Positions 38,049 through 49,219 of a stretch of 64,000 bases of DNA are shown here, in pieces; the stretch's first letter is position 1; each line of letters starts with the position of its first letter. Below the pieces are notes generated by a model, which was not told where the DNA came from, searched no databases, and saw nothing but the letters and a program-made list of their open reading frames with translations. The translations under genes and the position numbers were made by a program. Source of the DNA: Candidatus Kapaibacterium sp. (GTDB taxonomy: Bacteria > Bacteroidota > Ignavibacteria > Kapaibacteriales > UBA2268); assembly GCA_963665665.1 (NCBI GenBank), contig OY762428.1, positions 352,001 to 416,000 of the forward strand, in the 5' to 3' direction.

Positions 38049-40235
38049 TTACAGGGAAGCTGCAATAACGAGTGAAACAACAGACATCAGCTTGATAAGG
38101 ATATTAAGTGACGGGCCGGATGTATCTTTGAAAGGATCACCAACTGTATCGCCAGTAACGGCTGCTTTATGCGGTTCTGATCCTTTGTAGTATTTTTTGC
38201 CATTAATTTCAACGCCTTCTTCGAACATTTTCTTTGCATTATCCCATGCGCCACCTGCATTTGACTGGAAGATAGCCATAAGAACACCTGTTACGGTAAC
38301 GCCTGCAAGCATACCTGCAAGTACCTCTGCTTCGAAAACGAAACCAACAACAACAGGAACGATAACTGCCAGAAGTCCCGGAAGAACCATTTCTTTGATT
38401 GAAGATTTTGTTGAAATATCGACACATTTTGCATATTCAGCTTTACCTTCGGCAGCTTCATAAGTTTTCTTGTCAGCATCAGACCATTTTGAATGATCCT
38501 CGCCTTTTTCTCTCATAATTTTAAGAGCAGCTGTAAGTTCCGGAATATCCTTGAACTGACGGCGTACTTCCTGGATCATAGCCATGGCAGCGCGGCCAAC
38601 AGCACCCATTGCAAGAGCTGAGAAAACAAATGGCATAATACCCCCAACAAACAGGCCGGCCATAACATTTGCTTTTGAAATATCAATTGATGTGATATGT
38701 GCTGCTGTCATGAAAGCTCCAAAAAGAGCAAGAGCAGTAAGAGCAGCAGAACCGATGGCAAAACCTTTACCGATGGCAGCAGTAGAGTTACCTACAGCAT
38801 CAAGTTTATCAGTACGTTCGCGAACTTCACTCGGAAGTTCAGCCATTTCAGCAATACCGCCTGCGTTATCAGCAACTGGTCCGTAAGCATCAACAGCAAG
38901 CTGAATACCTGTTGTAGCAAGCATACCAACAGCTGCGATAGCTATACCATAAAGGCCTGCAAAATGGAATGAACCCATGATAGCGCCAGCAATAAGAAGA
39001 ACAGGAATAGCTGTTGACATCATACCTGTGCCCAGGCCTGCGATAATATTTGTAGCGCCTCCGGTAAGTGACTGCTGTGCAATTTTTACAACAGGAGGTT
39101 TGCCAAGGCCGGTGTAATATTCAGTTATTGCACCAATACCAAGGCCTGCTACGAGTCCGATAATAGTTGACCAGAAAACACCGAGTGAGGTTATAGTTCT
39201 TTCTGCTCCGTAAAGTAAATCCATATAAGTCCAGGATTCAGGAAGAATCCATTTTATGATAAAGAAGGATACAGCAATCATTACAATACCAGCAAGATAG
39301 GTACCTGTATTTAATGCCGCCTGCGGGTTACCGCCTTCTTTAACGTTCACAAAGAATGTACCGAAAATGGAAACAAGGATGCCTGCCCCGGCAAGAAACA
39401 GCGGAAGCAGGATTGCTGCCAATGGGTTAACACCCTCCATACCGGCAAAAGTAGAAATAAATGCAGTACCGAGAACCATAGTACCGATAATCGAACCAAC
39501 ATAAGATTCAAAAAGGTCTGCTCCCATACCGGCAACGTCGCCCACGTTATCGCCCACGTTATCAGCGATAGTTGCAGGATTCAGCGGGTGATCTTCGGGA
39601 ATACCTGCTTCAACTTTACCCACCAGGTCAGCACCAACATCAGCTGCTTTGGTATAAATACCGCCGCCAACCCTGGCAAACAGAGCGATTGATGAAGCGC
39701 CAAATGAGAAACCAGTCAATACTGTAATCACTTTAGATACAGTTGCAGGATCATCGCCCGGCCACATCTGAGAATAGATTATGAACAGAACACTAAGCCC
39801 AATAACACCAAGGCCTACAACGCCCATACCCATAACCGAACCACCTGTGAAAGCAACTTTAAGAGCTGAGTTAAGGCTTGTCTGTGCTGCATTTGTTGTT
39901 CTGACATTAGCTTTAGTAGCTATTTTCATACCGATAAAACCGGCAAGTGCAGAGCAAATTGCACCAACAATAAACGAAAGAGCAACAAGCGGTGATGATG
40001 TTTCACCAAGTGCGCCACCCTGAATACCAAGCAAAATTGCAACAATAACAACGAAGATTGCCAGCATTTTGTATTCTGCCCTGAGGAAAGCCATAGCCCC
40101 GTCAGCAATAAATTTTGCGATATTCTTCATTTTGTCGTTACCGGGATCCTGCTTTGTGACCCAGGCAGATTTTACATAAGTAAACAGAAGCGCTAAAATT
40201 CCGACTGCCGGAATTGCATAGAGAATCGTATCCAT
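38049..40235 (-). CDS. hppA: Membrane-bound K+-dependent, probably Na+-translocating pyrophosphatase
   Basis: [71 protein letters not shown]. Confidence 0.95.
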   Translation of the reverse strand: MDTILYAIPAVGILALLFTYVKSAWVTKQDPGNDKMKNIAKFIADGAMAFLRAEYKMLAIFVVIVAILLGIQGGALGETSSPLVALSFIVGAICSALAGFIGMKIATKANVRTTNAAQTSLNSALKVAFTGGSVMGMGVVGLGVIGLSVLFIIYSQMWPGDDPATVSKVITVLTGFSFGASSIALFARVGGGIYTKAADVGADLVGKVEAGIPEDHPLNPATIADNVGDNVGDVAGMGADLFESYVGSIIGTMVLGTAFISTFAGMEGVNPLAAILLPLFLAGAGILVSIFGTFFVNVKEGGNPQAALNTGTYLAGIVMIAVSFFIIKWILPESWTYMDLLYGAERTITSLGVFWSTIIGLVAGLGIGAITEYYTGLGKPPVVKIAQQSLTGGATNIIAGLGTGMMSTAIPVLLIAGAIMGSFHFAGLYGIAIAAVGMLATTGIQLAVDAYGPVADNAGGIAEMAELPSEVRERTDKLDAVGNSTAAIGKGFAIGSAALTALALFGAFMTAAHITSIDISKANVMAGLFVGGIMPFVFSALAMGAVGRAAMAMIQEVRRQFKDIPELTAALKIMREKGEDHSKWSDADKKTYEAAEGKAEYAKCVDISTKSSIKEMVLPGLLAVIVPVVVGFVFEAEVLAGMLAGVTVTGVLMAIFQSNAGGAWDNAKKMFEEGVEINGKKYYKGSEPHKAAVTGDTVGDPFKDTSGPSLNILIKLMSVVSLVIAASL

Positions 40236-40863
40236 AAGCTCTACTTATAATTGTTAATAATAAAATTAATATATCTAAGCGAATAGTCTTATTCCGTTTT
40301 TAGTAAGAATAGCGCTTTTCACGTTAAGCACATATCCCATATCTTAGCCCAAGCGTATCATTCAAATAACATCCACCAATAAGTTAATGAATAAATAAAA
40401 TAAATCAAAAATAATTTCATTCTAAGGGTAATTATCTTTTTTTCTCTGTAAAGCAGATGTTGCAGCTTATTAACCTTAACAGAATAAGAAGTTATCATGC
40501 AAATCATTTTTTTTCATTTTTTTTAAAATTAAAAATTCATATTTAGTCACTGATTTCCATCATTTAAATCAATAGAATTTCAATCTAAATCCAAACATTT
40601 TTCCAATGAAAACAGAAATTTGAAATAAAAAAAAATTATTGAATTATTCGAAATTCATGGAATTTTTAAAATTTTATTCGTATCTTTTGCAGGGAAATAG
40701 CTAACAGTAATATTGCAGGCATAATAGTTGCATTCCAAATGACCAATCGGTTGATAACTGCCTGATAAAATGATAAAATAGTTTGTTATAGATCAGAATT
40801 TGATAATATCATTATTTATTTTCAAATATCAACTTGTTTCATATTATACCTGAAGGATTTAAA

Positions 40864-41742
40864 ATGAATATTAAAAAAGTTCTCGTTCTCGGCGCCGGAA
40901 CAATGGGAAACGGAATAGCCCATGTATTTGCTCAAACAGGATTTGAAGTTCTACTTTGTGATATTGACGAAAATGCGCTGAACAAGGCAGTTGCTACTAT
41001 CGAAAAGAATCTTGGAAGGCAGCTAAAAAAAGGAAAGATTAGCGAAGACGACGTTAAAAATACAATGGCAAATATCAATACGTCTACCAACATGGAAGAT
41101 GCAGCAGATGTTGACATAGCTATTGAAGCTGCTACTGAAAACAAAGAAATTAAATTTAAACTTTTCGAAAAAATGAGCGAAATTACCAGCGATGATGTTA
41201 TTCTTGCTTCAAACACTTCCACTATTTCAATAACCGAAATTGCCGCTCATACAAATCGCCCTGACAAAGTAATAGGTATGCATTTCATGAACCCGGTTCC
41301 TGTGATGAAACTCGTGGAAGTTATCAGGGGCCTGATTACAAGTGACGAATGCTACAATGATGTTAAAGAATTATCAGAAAAACTGGGTAAAATACCGGTT
41401 GTTGCAAATGATTATCCCGGATTTATTGCCAACCGGATTTTAATGCCCCTGATTAACGAGGCTGTTTTCGCAGTGATGGAATCAGTTGGAACAGTTGACG
41501 CTATCGATAATGTTGCTAAACTTGGACTGGCACATCCCATGGGCCCACTATTCCTTGCAGACCTGATTGGCCTGGACGTAACCCTTGCCATTATGAAAGT
41601 GCTTCATGAAGATATCGGCGATCCGCGCTTCCGTCCATGCCCCCTTCTTAAGAAGATGGTTGCGGCAGGATACTTTGGAAGAAAATCAGGAAAAGGCTTC
41701 TATGATTATAGCGGAGAAGCTCCTGTTCCAATTAAGTTCTGA
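40864..41742 (+). CDS. hbd: 3-hydroxybutyryl-CoA dehydrogenase
   Basis: [50 protein letters not shown]. Confidence 0.92.
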   Translation: MNIKKVLVLGAGTMGNGIAHVFAQTGFEVLLCDIDENALNKAVATIEKNLGRQLKKGKISEDDVKNTMANINTSTNMEDAADVDIAIEAATENKEIKFKLFEKMSEITSDDVILASNTSTISITEIAAHTNRPDKVIGMHFMNPVPVMKLVEVIRGLITSDECYNDVKELSEKLGKIPVVANDYPGFIANRILMPLINEAVFAVMESVGTVDAIDNVAKLGLAHPMGPLFLADLIGLDVTLAIMKVLHEDIGDPRFRPCPLLKKMVAAGYFGRKSGKGFYDYSGEAPVPIKF

Positions 41743-41827
41743 TATATTCGTTCATTAATATAGAATTGTTCCTTATAGGGGGAAATATTATTGATAATCA
41801 CATCTATCATGAAATACAGGAGTACAC

Positions 41828-42526
41828 ATGAGAGGTAAAGAACAAAAATTTGACTCGGACGACCCGAATGTATTGGCCGCTTACCAGGCTGAAACTCAGG
41901 GGCAATACTTAAAAGCGATTGAACATTATGAAAAAGCTCTGGAAGACAATCCGGATCTTGGAATAGTTTTCAAACATGCAGGTAACATCCGCTACCGGCT
42001 TGGTATGCTGGACAAAGCTGTTGAAAATCTTGAAAGAGCCTGCGAGCTTCTCCCGGATTTCCCGACTGCATGGTATGACCTTGCACTCGCATATTACCGC
42101 CAAGGCAAGATCAAAATAGCGATCGAAAAACTGGATAAAGTAATTAAAATGGATTCAACATTCCTGATGGCATTTTACTGGAAGGGAATTCTTTCATACC
42201 ACTATGGCGATCTTTTTGTTGCCAGAGAGCAATTTTCAAGAGTAACCAGGGAAGCCCCGGATTTCACAATTGCACATTTTCACCTTGGTGTTGTACATCT
42301 CAGGCTGGGCAAATACGAAGAAGCCGTTGAAAACTTTGCGTTTCTTATAGGGAAAAATCCGGAAAGCCCCGCAGCATATACTCTGAAAGGCGAAGCACTG
42401 CTTAATCTTGAAAGAAATTCTGAAGCAAGAAAATGCTTCAAGGAAGCTTTAAAATATGATCCTAACGATCAGAAAGCCAAAAACGGCCTTGCAGCCTGCG
42501 ATTTCTACAAAGGGGATCATTTTTAA
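41828..42526 (+). CDS. Tetratricopeptide repeat protein
   Basis: About six TPR units (A...Y.KAL...P; AWYDLA; AHFHLG). Confidence 0.85.
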   Translation: MRGKEQKFDSDDPNVLAAYQAETQGQYLKAIEHYEKALEDNPDLGIVFKHAGNIRYRLGMLDKAVENLERACELLPDFPTAWYDLALAYYRQGKIKIAIEKLDKVIKMDSTFLMAFYWKGILSYHYGDLFVAREQFSRVTREAPDFTIAHFHLGVVHLRLGKYEEAVENFAFLIGKNPESPAAYTLKGEALLNLERNSEARKCFKEALKYDPNDQKAKNGLAACDFYKGDHF

Positions 42527-42543
42527 TTAAATATTTGTTACTT

Positions 42544-42578
42544 AAAAAGCCCTTTCTTTCCCGGAGAGGGCTTTTTTT
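42544..42578. terminator. Bidirectional terminator
   Basis: AAAAAGCCCTTTC...GAGAGGGCTTTTTTT between convergent genes. Confidence 0.65.
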
Positions 42579-42638
42579 ATAAAAAATGGCTGCCCAAACG
42601 GACAGCCAAATGAATTTGAAGTATTTCAGTCTTCGGAA

Positions 42639-44681
42639 TTATACTTCGTCAATTTCCTTCTGGGATACTTTATTGCTCATGAACCAGAACAATACGACGA
42701 TACCTATAAAGGCAAAGAGAGCAAGAATTTCCGGGCCATGTCCGGCTGCTTCGCCCCAAATACTCTTAGCTACGCTGATACCGTCTTTGGCAAGATCGGT
42801 TCCGGGATACATAACTCCGAGCAGATATTTAATAACAGCACCGATAACACCGAATATGGCTGCACCGGCAATAAATCCTGAAGAAATAAGAGTTCCTTTC
42901 GCATGACGTGCTTTGTTGACTTTTTCATCTTTAGAACGTTTCTGGATGAAGTGTGCCAGTAAACCGCCAACGAGAAGAGGAGTGTTCAGTTCAAGAGGCA
43001 GGTACATACCAAGTGCAAATGCCAAAGGTGAAATATTAATAGCATTAAGAAGCAATGCAATAATAGCTCCAACAAGGTAGAATACCCAAAGAACCTGCGC
43101 ATCAGGAGACATAAGTGGTTTGATAATAGCTGCCATAGCGTTAGCCTGAGGAGCGATCATCGGATCAGGATGATCCGCTGTCATTACAAAACCATAAGCT
43201 TCGTTAAGAACGAATATTACTGCGCCTACAGTTGCAGCTGATATTAATGTTCCGAGAAATTTCCAGGACTGCTGCTTAACAGGAGTGGAACCGAGCCAGT
43301 AACCAACTTTAAGGTCAGTTATGAAACCTCCGGCCATTGAAAGGGCTGTACATACGACACCGCCGATTACCAGTGCGCTAATCATACCCTGCTCGCCACT
43401 AAGGCCTGCAGCAGAAAGTATAACTGATGACAGAATAAGTGTCATTAACGTCATACCTGATACAGGGTTTGAACCAACAATAGCAATAGCATTTGCAGCT
43501 ACAGTTGTAAACAGGAAGGAAATAACACCAACTGTGATAAATGCAAGCAATGCCTGAACAAATGTTACTTCAACACCAAGGAAAATGAAAAGGAATATTG
43601 CAATAAGCGTAAGAACTGAAAATACTGCAATGAAAGTCATTTTCAGGTCTTTCTGTGTTCTTTCGGCATTGGCATCATCGCCACCGCCGCCTTTAAGGCT
43701 TCTTACAGCCAAACCAAAGGCACTGCCAATTATCTTGGATGATTTAAGGATACCAATAATACCGGCCATAGCAATTGCGCCTATACCAATATGCCTTACA
43801 TAGTCAAAGAAAATGGTAGATGCAGACATATCAGCAAACATATTTGTTCCGCCGCCTGCTTCTGCAACCATCGCTCCAACTTCATTTATCAATGGTACAA
43901 GTACGAACCATGATAGTAAAGAACCTACAGCAATAATGGTGGAGAAACGGAGGCCGACAAGATAACCAAAACCAAAGATCATGGAACTTACATTCAAATG
44001 GAATTCCATTTTCATGTCTGTTGCAAGTTGCTGTCCCCAGCCAAAGATTTTGGAAGAGAATGCCTCAGACCAGATTTTCAGGGATGAGGCAACGAAATCA
44101 TACAAACCACCAATAAGGCCTGCAACAATCAAAAGCTTTGCATTTGTGCCGCCTTTTTCGCCGGTAATCAGGATTTCAGTTGTAGCGGTAGCTTCCGGGA
44201 AGGGAAACTTACCATGCATATCCTTAACAAAATATTTCCTGAACGGTATCAGGAACAAAATGCCAAGAAAACCGCCAAGCAGCGATGCAAAAAAGATCTG
44301 ATAGAAACTTACCTCAAGATCCAGAATATACAATGCCGGCAGAGTAAAAATTGCACCGGCAACAACAACACCTGAACTGGCGCCGATTGACTGAATAATA
44401 ACATTCTGTCCAAGAGCCTGTTTCTTTTTGAGTGCCGCAGATGCGCCAACGGCAATTATAGAGATGGGAATAGCAGCTTCAATTACCTGGCCAATTTTCA
44501 GGCCGGAATATGCTGCCGCCGCTGAAAAGATAACGGCCATTAGCAAACCCATGAAAACCGAGTAAGGAGTTACCTCGGGAAATTTCATATTAGCCGGCAT
44601 TACCGGTTTATACTCTTCACCGGGCTTCAATTCCCTGTGGGCATTTCCGGGTAAACCGTCTTTACCGATATTTTGTTCCAT
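42639..44681 (-). CDS. OPT family oligopeptide transporter
   Basis: YSGLKIGQVIEAAIP, FPFPEATATTEIL, NPVSGMT, DLKVGYWLG, APQANAMA. ATG 44681 has GGAG upstream. Confidence 0.9.
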   Translation of the reverse strand: MEQNIGKDGLPGNAHRELKPGEEYKPVMPANMKFPEVTPYSVFMGLLMAVIFSAAAAYSGLKIGQVIEAAIPISIIAVGASAALKKKQALGQNVIIQSIGASSGVVVAGAIFTLPALYILDLEVSFYQIFFASLLGGFLGILFLIPFRKYFVKDMHGKFPFPEATATTEILITGEKGGTNAKLLIVAGLIGGLYDFVASSLKIWSEAFSSKIFGWGQQLATDMKMEFHLNVSSMIFGFGYLVGLRFSTIIAVGSLLSWFVLVPLINEVGAMVAEAGGGTNMFADMSASTIFFDYVRHIGIGAIAMAGIIGILKSSKIIGSAFGLAVRSLKGGGGDDANAERTQKDLKMTFIAVFSVLTLIAIFLFIFLGVEVTFVQALLAFITVGVISFLFTTVAANAIAIVGSNPVSGMTLMTLILSSVILSAAGLSGEQGMISALVIGGVVCTALSMAGGFITDLKVGYWLGSTPVKQQSWKFLGTLISAATVGAVIFVLNEAYGFVMTADHPDPMIAPQANAMAAIIKPLMSPDAQVLWVFYLVGAIIALLLNAINISPLAFALGMYLPLELNTPLLVGGLLAHFIQKRSKDEKVNKARHAKGTLISSGFIAGAAIFGVIGAVIKYLLGVMYPGTDLAKDGISVAKSIWGEAAGHGPEILALFAFIGIVVLFWFMSNKVSQKEIDEV

Positions 44682-44760
44682 CAATACTCCTGATGTATAA
44701 TTTATCAAATGTGTGAATGTTCTGAAAATTAGAAAATTGATATATAATGTTTTGAACAAC

Positions 44761-44868
44761 TGTCATTCCCCGACCTGTCAGGGCAGGCTTCAGGAGCAAA
44801 GCGACTGAAGAATCCATTTTAATCAAATTTCACAGATAAATGGATTCTTCGCTACGCTCAGAATGACA
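44761..44868. repeat. Palindromic REP/MITE-like element (TGTCATTC...GAATGACA type) with a nested 20-bp insert
   Basis: Outer TGTCATTC/GAATGACA, inner perfect 13-bp GAAGAATCCATTT/AAATGGATTCTTC; insert 44769-44788 flanked by TTC. Confidence 0.75.
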
Positions 44869-44899
44869 TTATCAACTTATGACAACATCAATTATCAAT

Positions 44900-46150
44900 T
44901 TATGATTTCTTTTCAACCCAGATTCTGCCAAGATTAATAATTGTCTCAACAGCTTTTACAAGAGCATCGGCAGACATCCATTCAGTTTTACTATGGAAAT
45001 TCTGGCCGCCTGTGTAAATATTCGGGCAGGGAAGTCCCATTTCAGTCAGCCTGGAACCATCCGTTCCACCCCTGATCGGACTCCAATGCGGTTCAACTCC
45101 TGAAGCAACTGCTGCTTCCCAAAGATAGTCGCAACCTTCGGGTTTTTCTTCAAGAGAATCACGCATATTTCTATACATTTCAATAATTTCAAGATTGATT
45201 TCAGCTTTAGGATGCATTTTACGGGCAACTTCAATTATGTTTTCCATGATCTTTTTCTGATCATCCAGTCCGGCAGTAACGAAGTCACGGAATAATATTT
45301 TTAAAGTGGATTTGCCAACGCCGCCTTCAAGTATATATGGATGAATATAAGGTTCATAGCCTTCTGTTGTTTCAGGAGCCATAAGTTTAGGCATCATTGC
45401 GATAATATCAGCCATAACCCTGATCGAGTTCACCATGATATCTTTTGCTGCACCGGGGTGAATGTCGCGGCCTTTAACCGTAACGATAGCAGAATTGGCG
45501 CTGAATGTTTCTTTGTTAAGTTCGCCGGGCATTTCACCATCAAGAGTGTAAGCATACTCGCAATTGAAACCTTCAAGATCGAAAAATTTAGTTCCCTGGC
45601 CAATTTCTTCATCAGGAGTAAAGCTGACACGAATATCTCCATGAATTGCTTCAGGATTTTTTGTCCAATATTCAAGAGCAGTCATAATTCCTGCAACACC
45701 GGATTTATCGTCAGAACCGAGAAGAGTTGTTCCGTCGGTTGTAATAATAGTATGTCCGATACATTTTTCGAGCGCAGGATTTTCTTCTGTTTTCAGGGTA
45801 ATCTCTCCGTTAGGAAGCTTGATATCACCGCCCTGGTAATTTTCGATTATTTGCGGCTTCACATCTTTTCCGGAAACTTCAGGTGATGTGTCCACATGTG
45901 CAAGAAAACCAATCGCGGGAACTTTACCATAAGCAGGGTGGTCAGTCGGGACATTGCTTTTCAGTGTAGCTGTAACATAGCAATGATCGTCGATTTTCAC
46001 ATCATCAAGCCCAAGCGCTTTAAGTTCCTCAACAAGAAGGTTGCCAAGGTCAAATTGTTTCTGAGTACTTGGTGTTGTGCCTGTCTCATCCTGTGATTGC
46101 GTATCTATCTTCGCATATCTCAGGAATTTTTCAAGAACAGTTTGCTTCAT
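44900..46150 (-). CDS. pepT: Peptidase T (tripeptide aminopeptidase, M20B)
   Basis: FLRYAKIDTQS, AHVDTS, LLGSDDKSG, FTPDEEIG, IRGGTDG, NFHS. Confidence 0.93.
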   Translation of the reverse strand: MKQTVLEKFLRYAKIDTQSQDETGTTPSTQKQFDLGNLLVEELKALGLDDVKIDDHCYVTATLKSNVPTDHPAYGKVPAIGFLAHVDTSPEVSGKDVKPQIIENYQGGDIKLPNGEITLKTEENPALEKCIGHTIITTDGTTLLGSDDKSGVAGIMTALEYWTKNPEAIHGDIRVSFTPDEEIGQGTKFFDLEGFNCEYAYTLDGEMPGELNKETFSANSAIVTVKGRDIHPGAAKDIMVNSIRVMADIIAMMPKLMAPETTEGYEPYIHPYILEGGVGKSTLKILFRDFVTAGLDDQKKIMENIIEVARKMHPKAEINLEIIEMYRNMRDSLEEKPEGCDYLWEAAVASGVEPHWSPIRGGTDGSRLTEMGLPCPNIYTGGQNFHSKTEWMSADALVKAVETIINLGRIWVEKKS

Positions 46151-46284
46151 ATTATTACCTGTTTTATTATTTAAAAATATATAAAAAATTGCCGTCTAAA
46201 AACATGCAAAATTACAATTTAAGAAATTAAAGGCGGAATATAAAGCATTGAATTGGAATGTTAATAAATTGATTCCAAAATATA

Positions 46285-46312
46285 AAAAAATCCGGCAAAT
46301 TATGCCGGATTT
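46285..46312 (-). terminator. Intrinsic terminator
   Basis: AAAAAATCCGGCA-aatta-TGCCGGATTT. Confidence 0.6.
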
Positions 46313-46334
46313 GAATTTTTTTATTTTTTTTATT

Positions 46335-46712
46335 TTATTCCTTCAATGATTCTGTCAGAGCTGTTACAAACCTTTTGTGTTTATTTGCATCCACACCCTT
46401 TAGTGTAACCCTTTGCATCAGATTAATCAGATCGCTTATAATTGTTCTCTCAGTGGGAGCTTTAATCTTGTCAAACGATTTTAATTTTTGCTGTTGTGCC
46501 TGGTTAATGGCATTTTCGAGATATGATTTAACATTAATATAGGCATCTACCTCGGCCCCCTTGATTTCAATTGTTTTCAGCGAATGATAAGCATAAGCCA
46601 TATCTTCAACCAGGAATTCCGGGATAACAATATCGGGACCATCCTTTGCGTAAGAAATCCCGATTAGTAAGAATGCTGTAACAGCAATTAATATATTTCT
46701 AATAATTATCAT
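46335..46712 (-). CDS. Exported hypothetical protein
   Basis: 125-aa ORF with a signal peptide, 2 bp downstream of the porQ-like gene. Confidence 0.6.
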   Translation of the reverse strand: MIIIRNILIAVTAFLLIGISYAKDGPDIVIPEFLVEDMAYAYHSLKTIEIKGAEVDAYINVKSYLENAINQAQQQKLKSFDKIKAPTERTIISDLINLMQRVTLKGVDANKHKRFVTALTESLKE

Positions 46713-46714
46713 AG

Positions 46715-47656
46715 TTATAAATTAAGCGCAACACTAAATCTGTGGAGTGAAGCAGATGAACCCATCATAGATATTGCATAGTCAATATTAAATTTATTTG
46801 CCTTTATACCAACACCACCGGAAAATCCCGACATCTTGCGATCGGACTGAATACTTGTAAGCCTGCGAATCTGATTATCATATCCAAGGCGTGCCTGGAT
46901 ATATTCACCAATATAAAATTCGCCGCCAACAGAGAAATTCATAAATTTATCAAAGAAATTATCTTCCTCATCGCCAAGATGGTGGAAAGAGAAATTAAAC
47001 AGCAGTGGCAAACCGCGTAGCCTGTGGTTAAAGCCTGCACGAATATCAAGAGGAAGTTTTTCACTCATCCCCCCTACCTTGGAAAGCTGAGTTCCTGCAT
47101 GAAGAACAGACAATCCAATATGCGTTCTGCCATCCGGCATCCTGTAAAGAAGGCCGGCATCAATTGCAAAAGCAGTTGAATTAGCTTCTTCAAGAGTAAT
47201 GAAAATAAATTTTCCTGTTACTCCGTAAAAAAGATTTGTATCAAGTTCATCTGCATAGGAAACTCCGAGGGAAATATCATTGGCTCCGAAAGTGCCGTCA
47301 ATATTTCCATACATATCAGCCCTTTCAAAAGAACCGTAATTTGTATAATTAATTGTTCCTGAAAAAATGCCTGTTCCTTCAAATTCACGTGTATATGTCA
47401 CCATACCGGAATTGATATCAAGGACATGCTTCAGGAATGTTGCAGAGAATTTTTTTTCTTCAACCGTGTAAATTGTAGCCGGATTGAAAACCACGGCAGC
47501 AGGATCGCCCGGCATCGATACATAACAACCCGAAAGAGCCGCAGCCCTGGCATTTGATGCAGTTCTTAAAAAATGATAAGGAGAAACCTCGGTTGCCTTC
47601 ACGTCTAAAATACTGATAAATAAGATTGTTGCTAAAAATACAAAAAGCTTTTTCAT
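46715..47656 (-). CDS. porQ: Type IX secretion system PorQ/PorV family outer-membrane barrel
   Basis: FLR...ARAAALSG, NPA, Y.NYGSF, AIDAG, LP.DI..G...L..LP, RLGY, GFSGGVG, DYA. Confidence 0.7.
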   Translation of the reverse strand: MKKLFVFLATILFISILDVKATEVSPYHFLRTASNARAAALSGCYVSMPGDPAAVVFNPATIYTVEEKKFSATFLKHVLDINSGMVTYTREFEGTGIFSGTINYTNYGSFERADMYGNIDGTFGANDISLGVSYADELDTNLFYGVTGKFIFITLEEANSTAFAIDAGLLYRMPDGRTHIGLSVLHAGTQLSKVGGMSEKLPLDIRAGFNHRLRGLPLLFNFSFHHLGDEEDNFFDKFMNFSVGGEFYIGEYIQARLGYDNQIRRLTSIQSDRKMSGFSGGVGIKANKFNIDYAISMMGSSASLHRFSVALNL

Positions 47657-47778
47657 AGATATAAATCCTGATAATTCACAAAAATGAAGGCTCAAAATTC
47701 ATAGGCAAATTTTACTTTTTAATTTAAATTACACTTACGCCATTCATTAAAACCTGAAAATAAGCATTCTCAGACAAA

Positions 47779-48213
47779 TTATAAACGATTTTTTATATTA
47801 TTAATTGCTTCCCTAAATATTTTGGGAGGTTTAACAGGCCTGCCGGTTTCGATATTAAGAAAGGAATGAACCGTAAAACCTTCAGCAAGAAGTTCATCTC
47901 CACGCCAAACCCTGTAGTCAAACCTTAGCAATGGTTTTAGTTCAAGTGGCATAATTGCCTCGATATCAAGAAGGTCGTCATAATAAGATGACTTGATATA
48001 TTTCGCATAAGATTCGACTAACGGCAGAAGATAACCCGCTTTTTCAAATCCGGAATAAGGAGAGCCAAAATGGCGCATCAGCTCCGCCCTGCCAACTTCA
48101 AAATAGGTAAAATAGTTTCCGTTGTAAACAACTCCCATTTTATCGGTATCCGCATATCTGACCCTGACCTGCGTTCTGTGCCTTACTATCGTTTCATTTA
48201 CTTCAGCTTTCAT
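47779..48213 (-). CDS. YbgC/FadM family acyl-CoA thioesterase
   Basis: RVRYADTDKMGVVYNGNYFTYFEVGR. Confidence 0.88.
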   Translation of the reverse strand: MKAEVNETIVRHRTQVRVRYADTDKMGVVYNGNYFTYFEVGRAELMRHFGSPYSGFEKAGYLLPLVESYAKYIKSSYYDDLLDIEAIMPLELKPLLRFDYRVWRGDELLAEGFTVHSFLNIETGRPVKPPKIFREAINNIKNRL

Positions 48214-48214
48214 A

Positions 48215-49195
48215 TCAAACAGCGCCGGCATCAATCTGAGACATCAATTCAATTATCCTTTCCAGGTCGTCCTTGGAATAAAATTCCAGTTCAATAATTC
48301 CGCTTTCCTCAGATTTGGGATTAATTTTTACCTGTGTACCAAGAATATGCCTTAATTTATCTTCTGTATCTTCAAGTATAACAGCGATATCCGGAGCTAA
48401 GCCCGGTTTATTTTTCTTCGGCCTTCCCTTTTTCTCAACAATTATTCTTCCGTGATCGTCAAGCTTTACTTTGCCATCTTCGATTTCCTTAACGAGAGCT
48501 TCTGTTGCCCTTACGCTTAGCTTGTTTTCCTCTATCATCTTGTGGGCAGAAAGCATTCTTTCGGTTGAACTAAGCGACAACAATGCCCTGGCATGCCCCA
48601 TCGATAATGATTTATGCCGCAGACTGTCCTGTATCTGTACGGGAAGTTTAAGAAGCCTGAGGAAATTTGTTATAGTCGAGCGGTCTTTACCGACTTTAAC
48701 AGCCACCTGTTCCTGTGTAAGGTGGCATTCCTCTATAAGCCGCTGATAACCTGAAGCCGTCTCGATAGGATTAAGGTTCTCTCGTTGAATATTTTCGATA
48801 ATTGTGATTGCAAGGCTGTCAACACCGCGATCAAGATCGAGTATATACGCGGGAATTTCGCTAAGCCCGGCAGCTGTAGATGCTCGCAGACGTCTCTCCC
48901 CGGCAATTAATTCATAGCCGTTAATATCTTTTCTTACCGTTATAGGCTGAATAACACCATGCTCCTCGATAGAACGTTTTAAACCGTCCAAAGCAATCGG
49001 ATCGAAATCCTGGCGCGGCTGGTAAGGATTTGTATGTATCTTTGATATTTCTATCATTGCAAGCTGCCCGCCTGTCTGATTTTCATCTTGTTCTTCGGGG
49101 GCAACTTTAAAACCTTTCTCCCTGAATTCAATTGAAGGGAGAAGTGCTCCCAGCCCTTTGCCTAAGCCAGTTTGTATTTTTTTCTTTTTAGTCAT
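48215..49195 (-). CDS. parB: Chromosome partitioning protein ParB/Spo0J
   Basis: GLGKGLGALL, NPYQPR, GVIQPI, IAGERRLRA, ENIQRENLNPIE, HTH, GHARAL. Confidence 0.95.
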   Translation of the reverse strand: MTKKKKIQTGLGKGLGALLPSIEFREKGFKVAPEEQDENQTGGQLAMIEISKIHTNPYQPRQDFDPIALDGLKRSIEEHGVIQPITVRKDINGYELIAGERRLRASTAAGLSEIPAYILDLDRGVDSLAITIIENIQRENLNPIETASGYQRLIEECHLTQEQVAVKVGKDRSTITNFLRLLKLPVQIQDSLRHKSLSMGHARALLSLSSTERMLSAHKMIEENKLSVRATEALVKEIEDGKVKLDDHGRIIVEKKGRPKKNKPGLAPDIAVILEDTEDKLRHILGTQVKINPKSEESGIIELEFYSKDDLERIIELMSQIDAGAV

Positions 49196-49219
49196 TTATA
49201 ATATGCTGTTTGAAAAACA

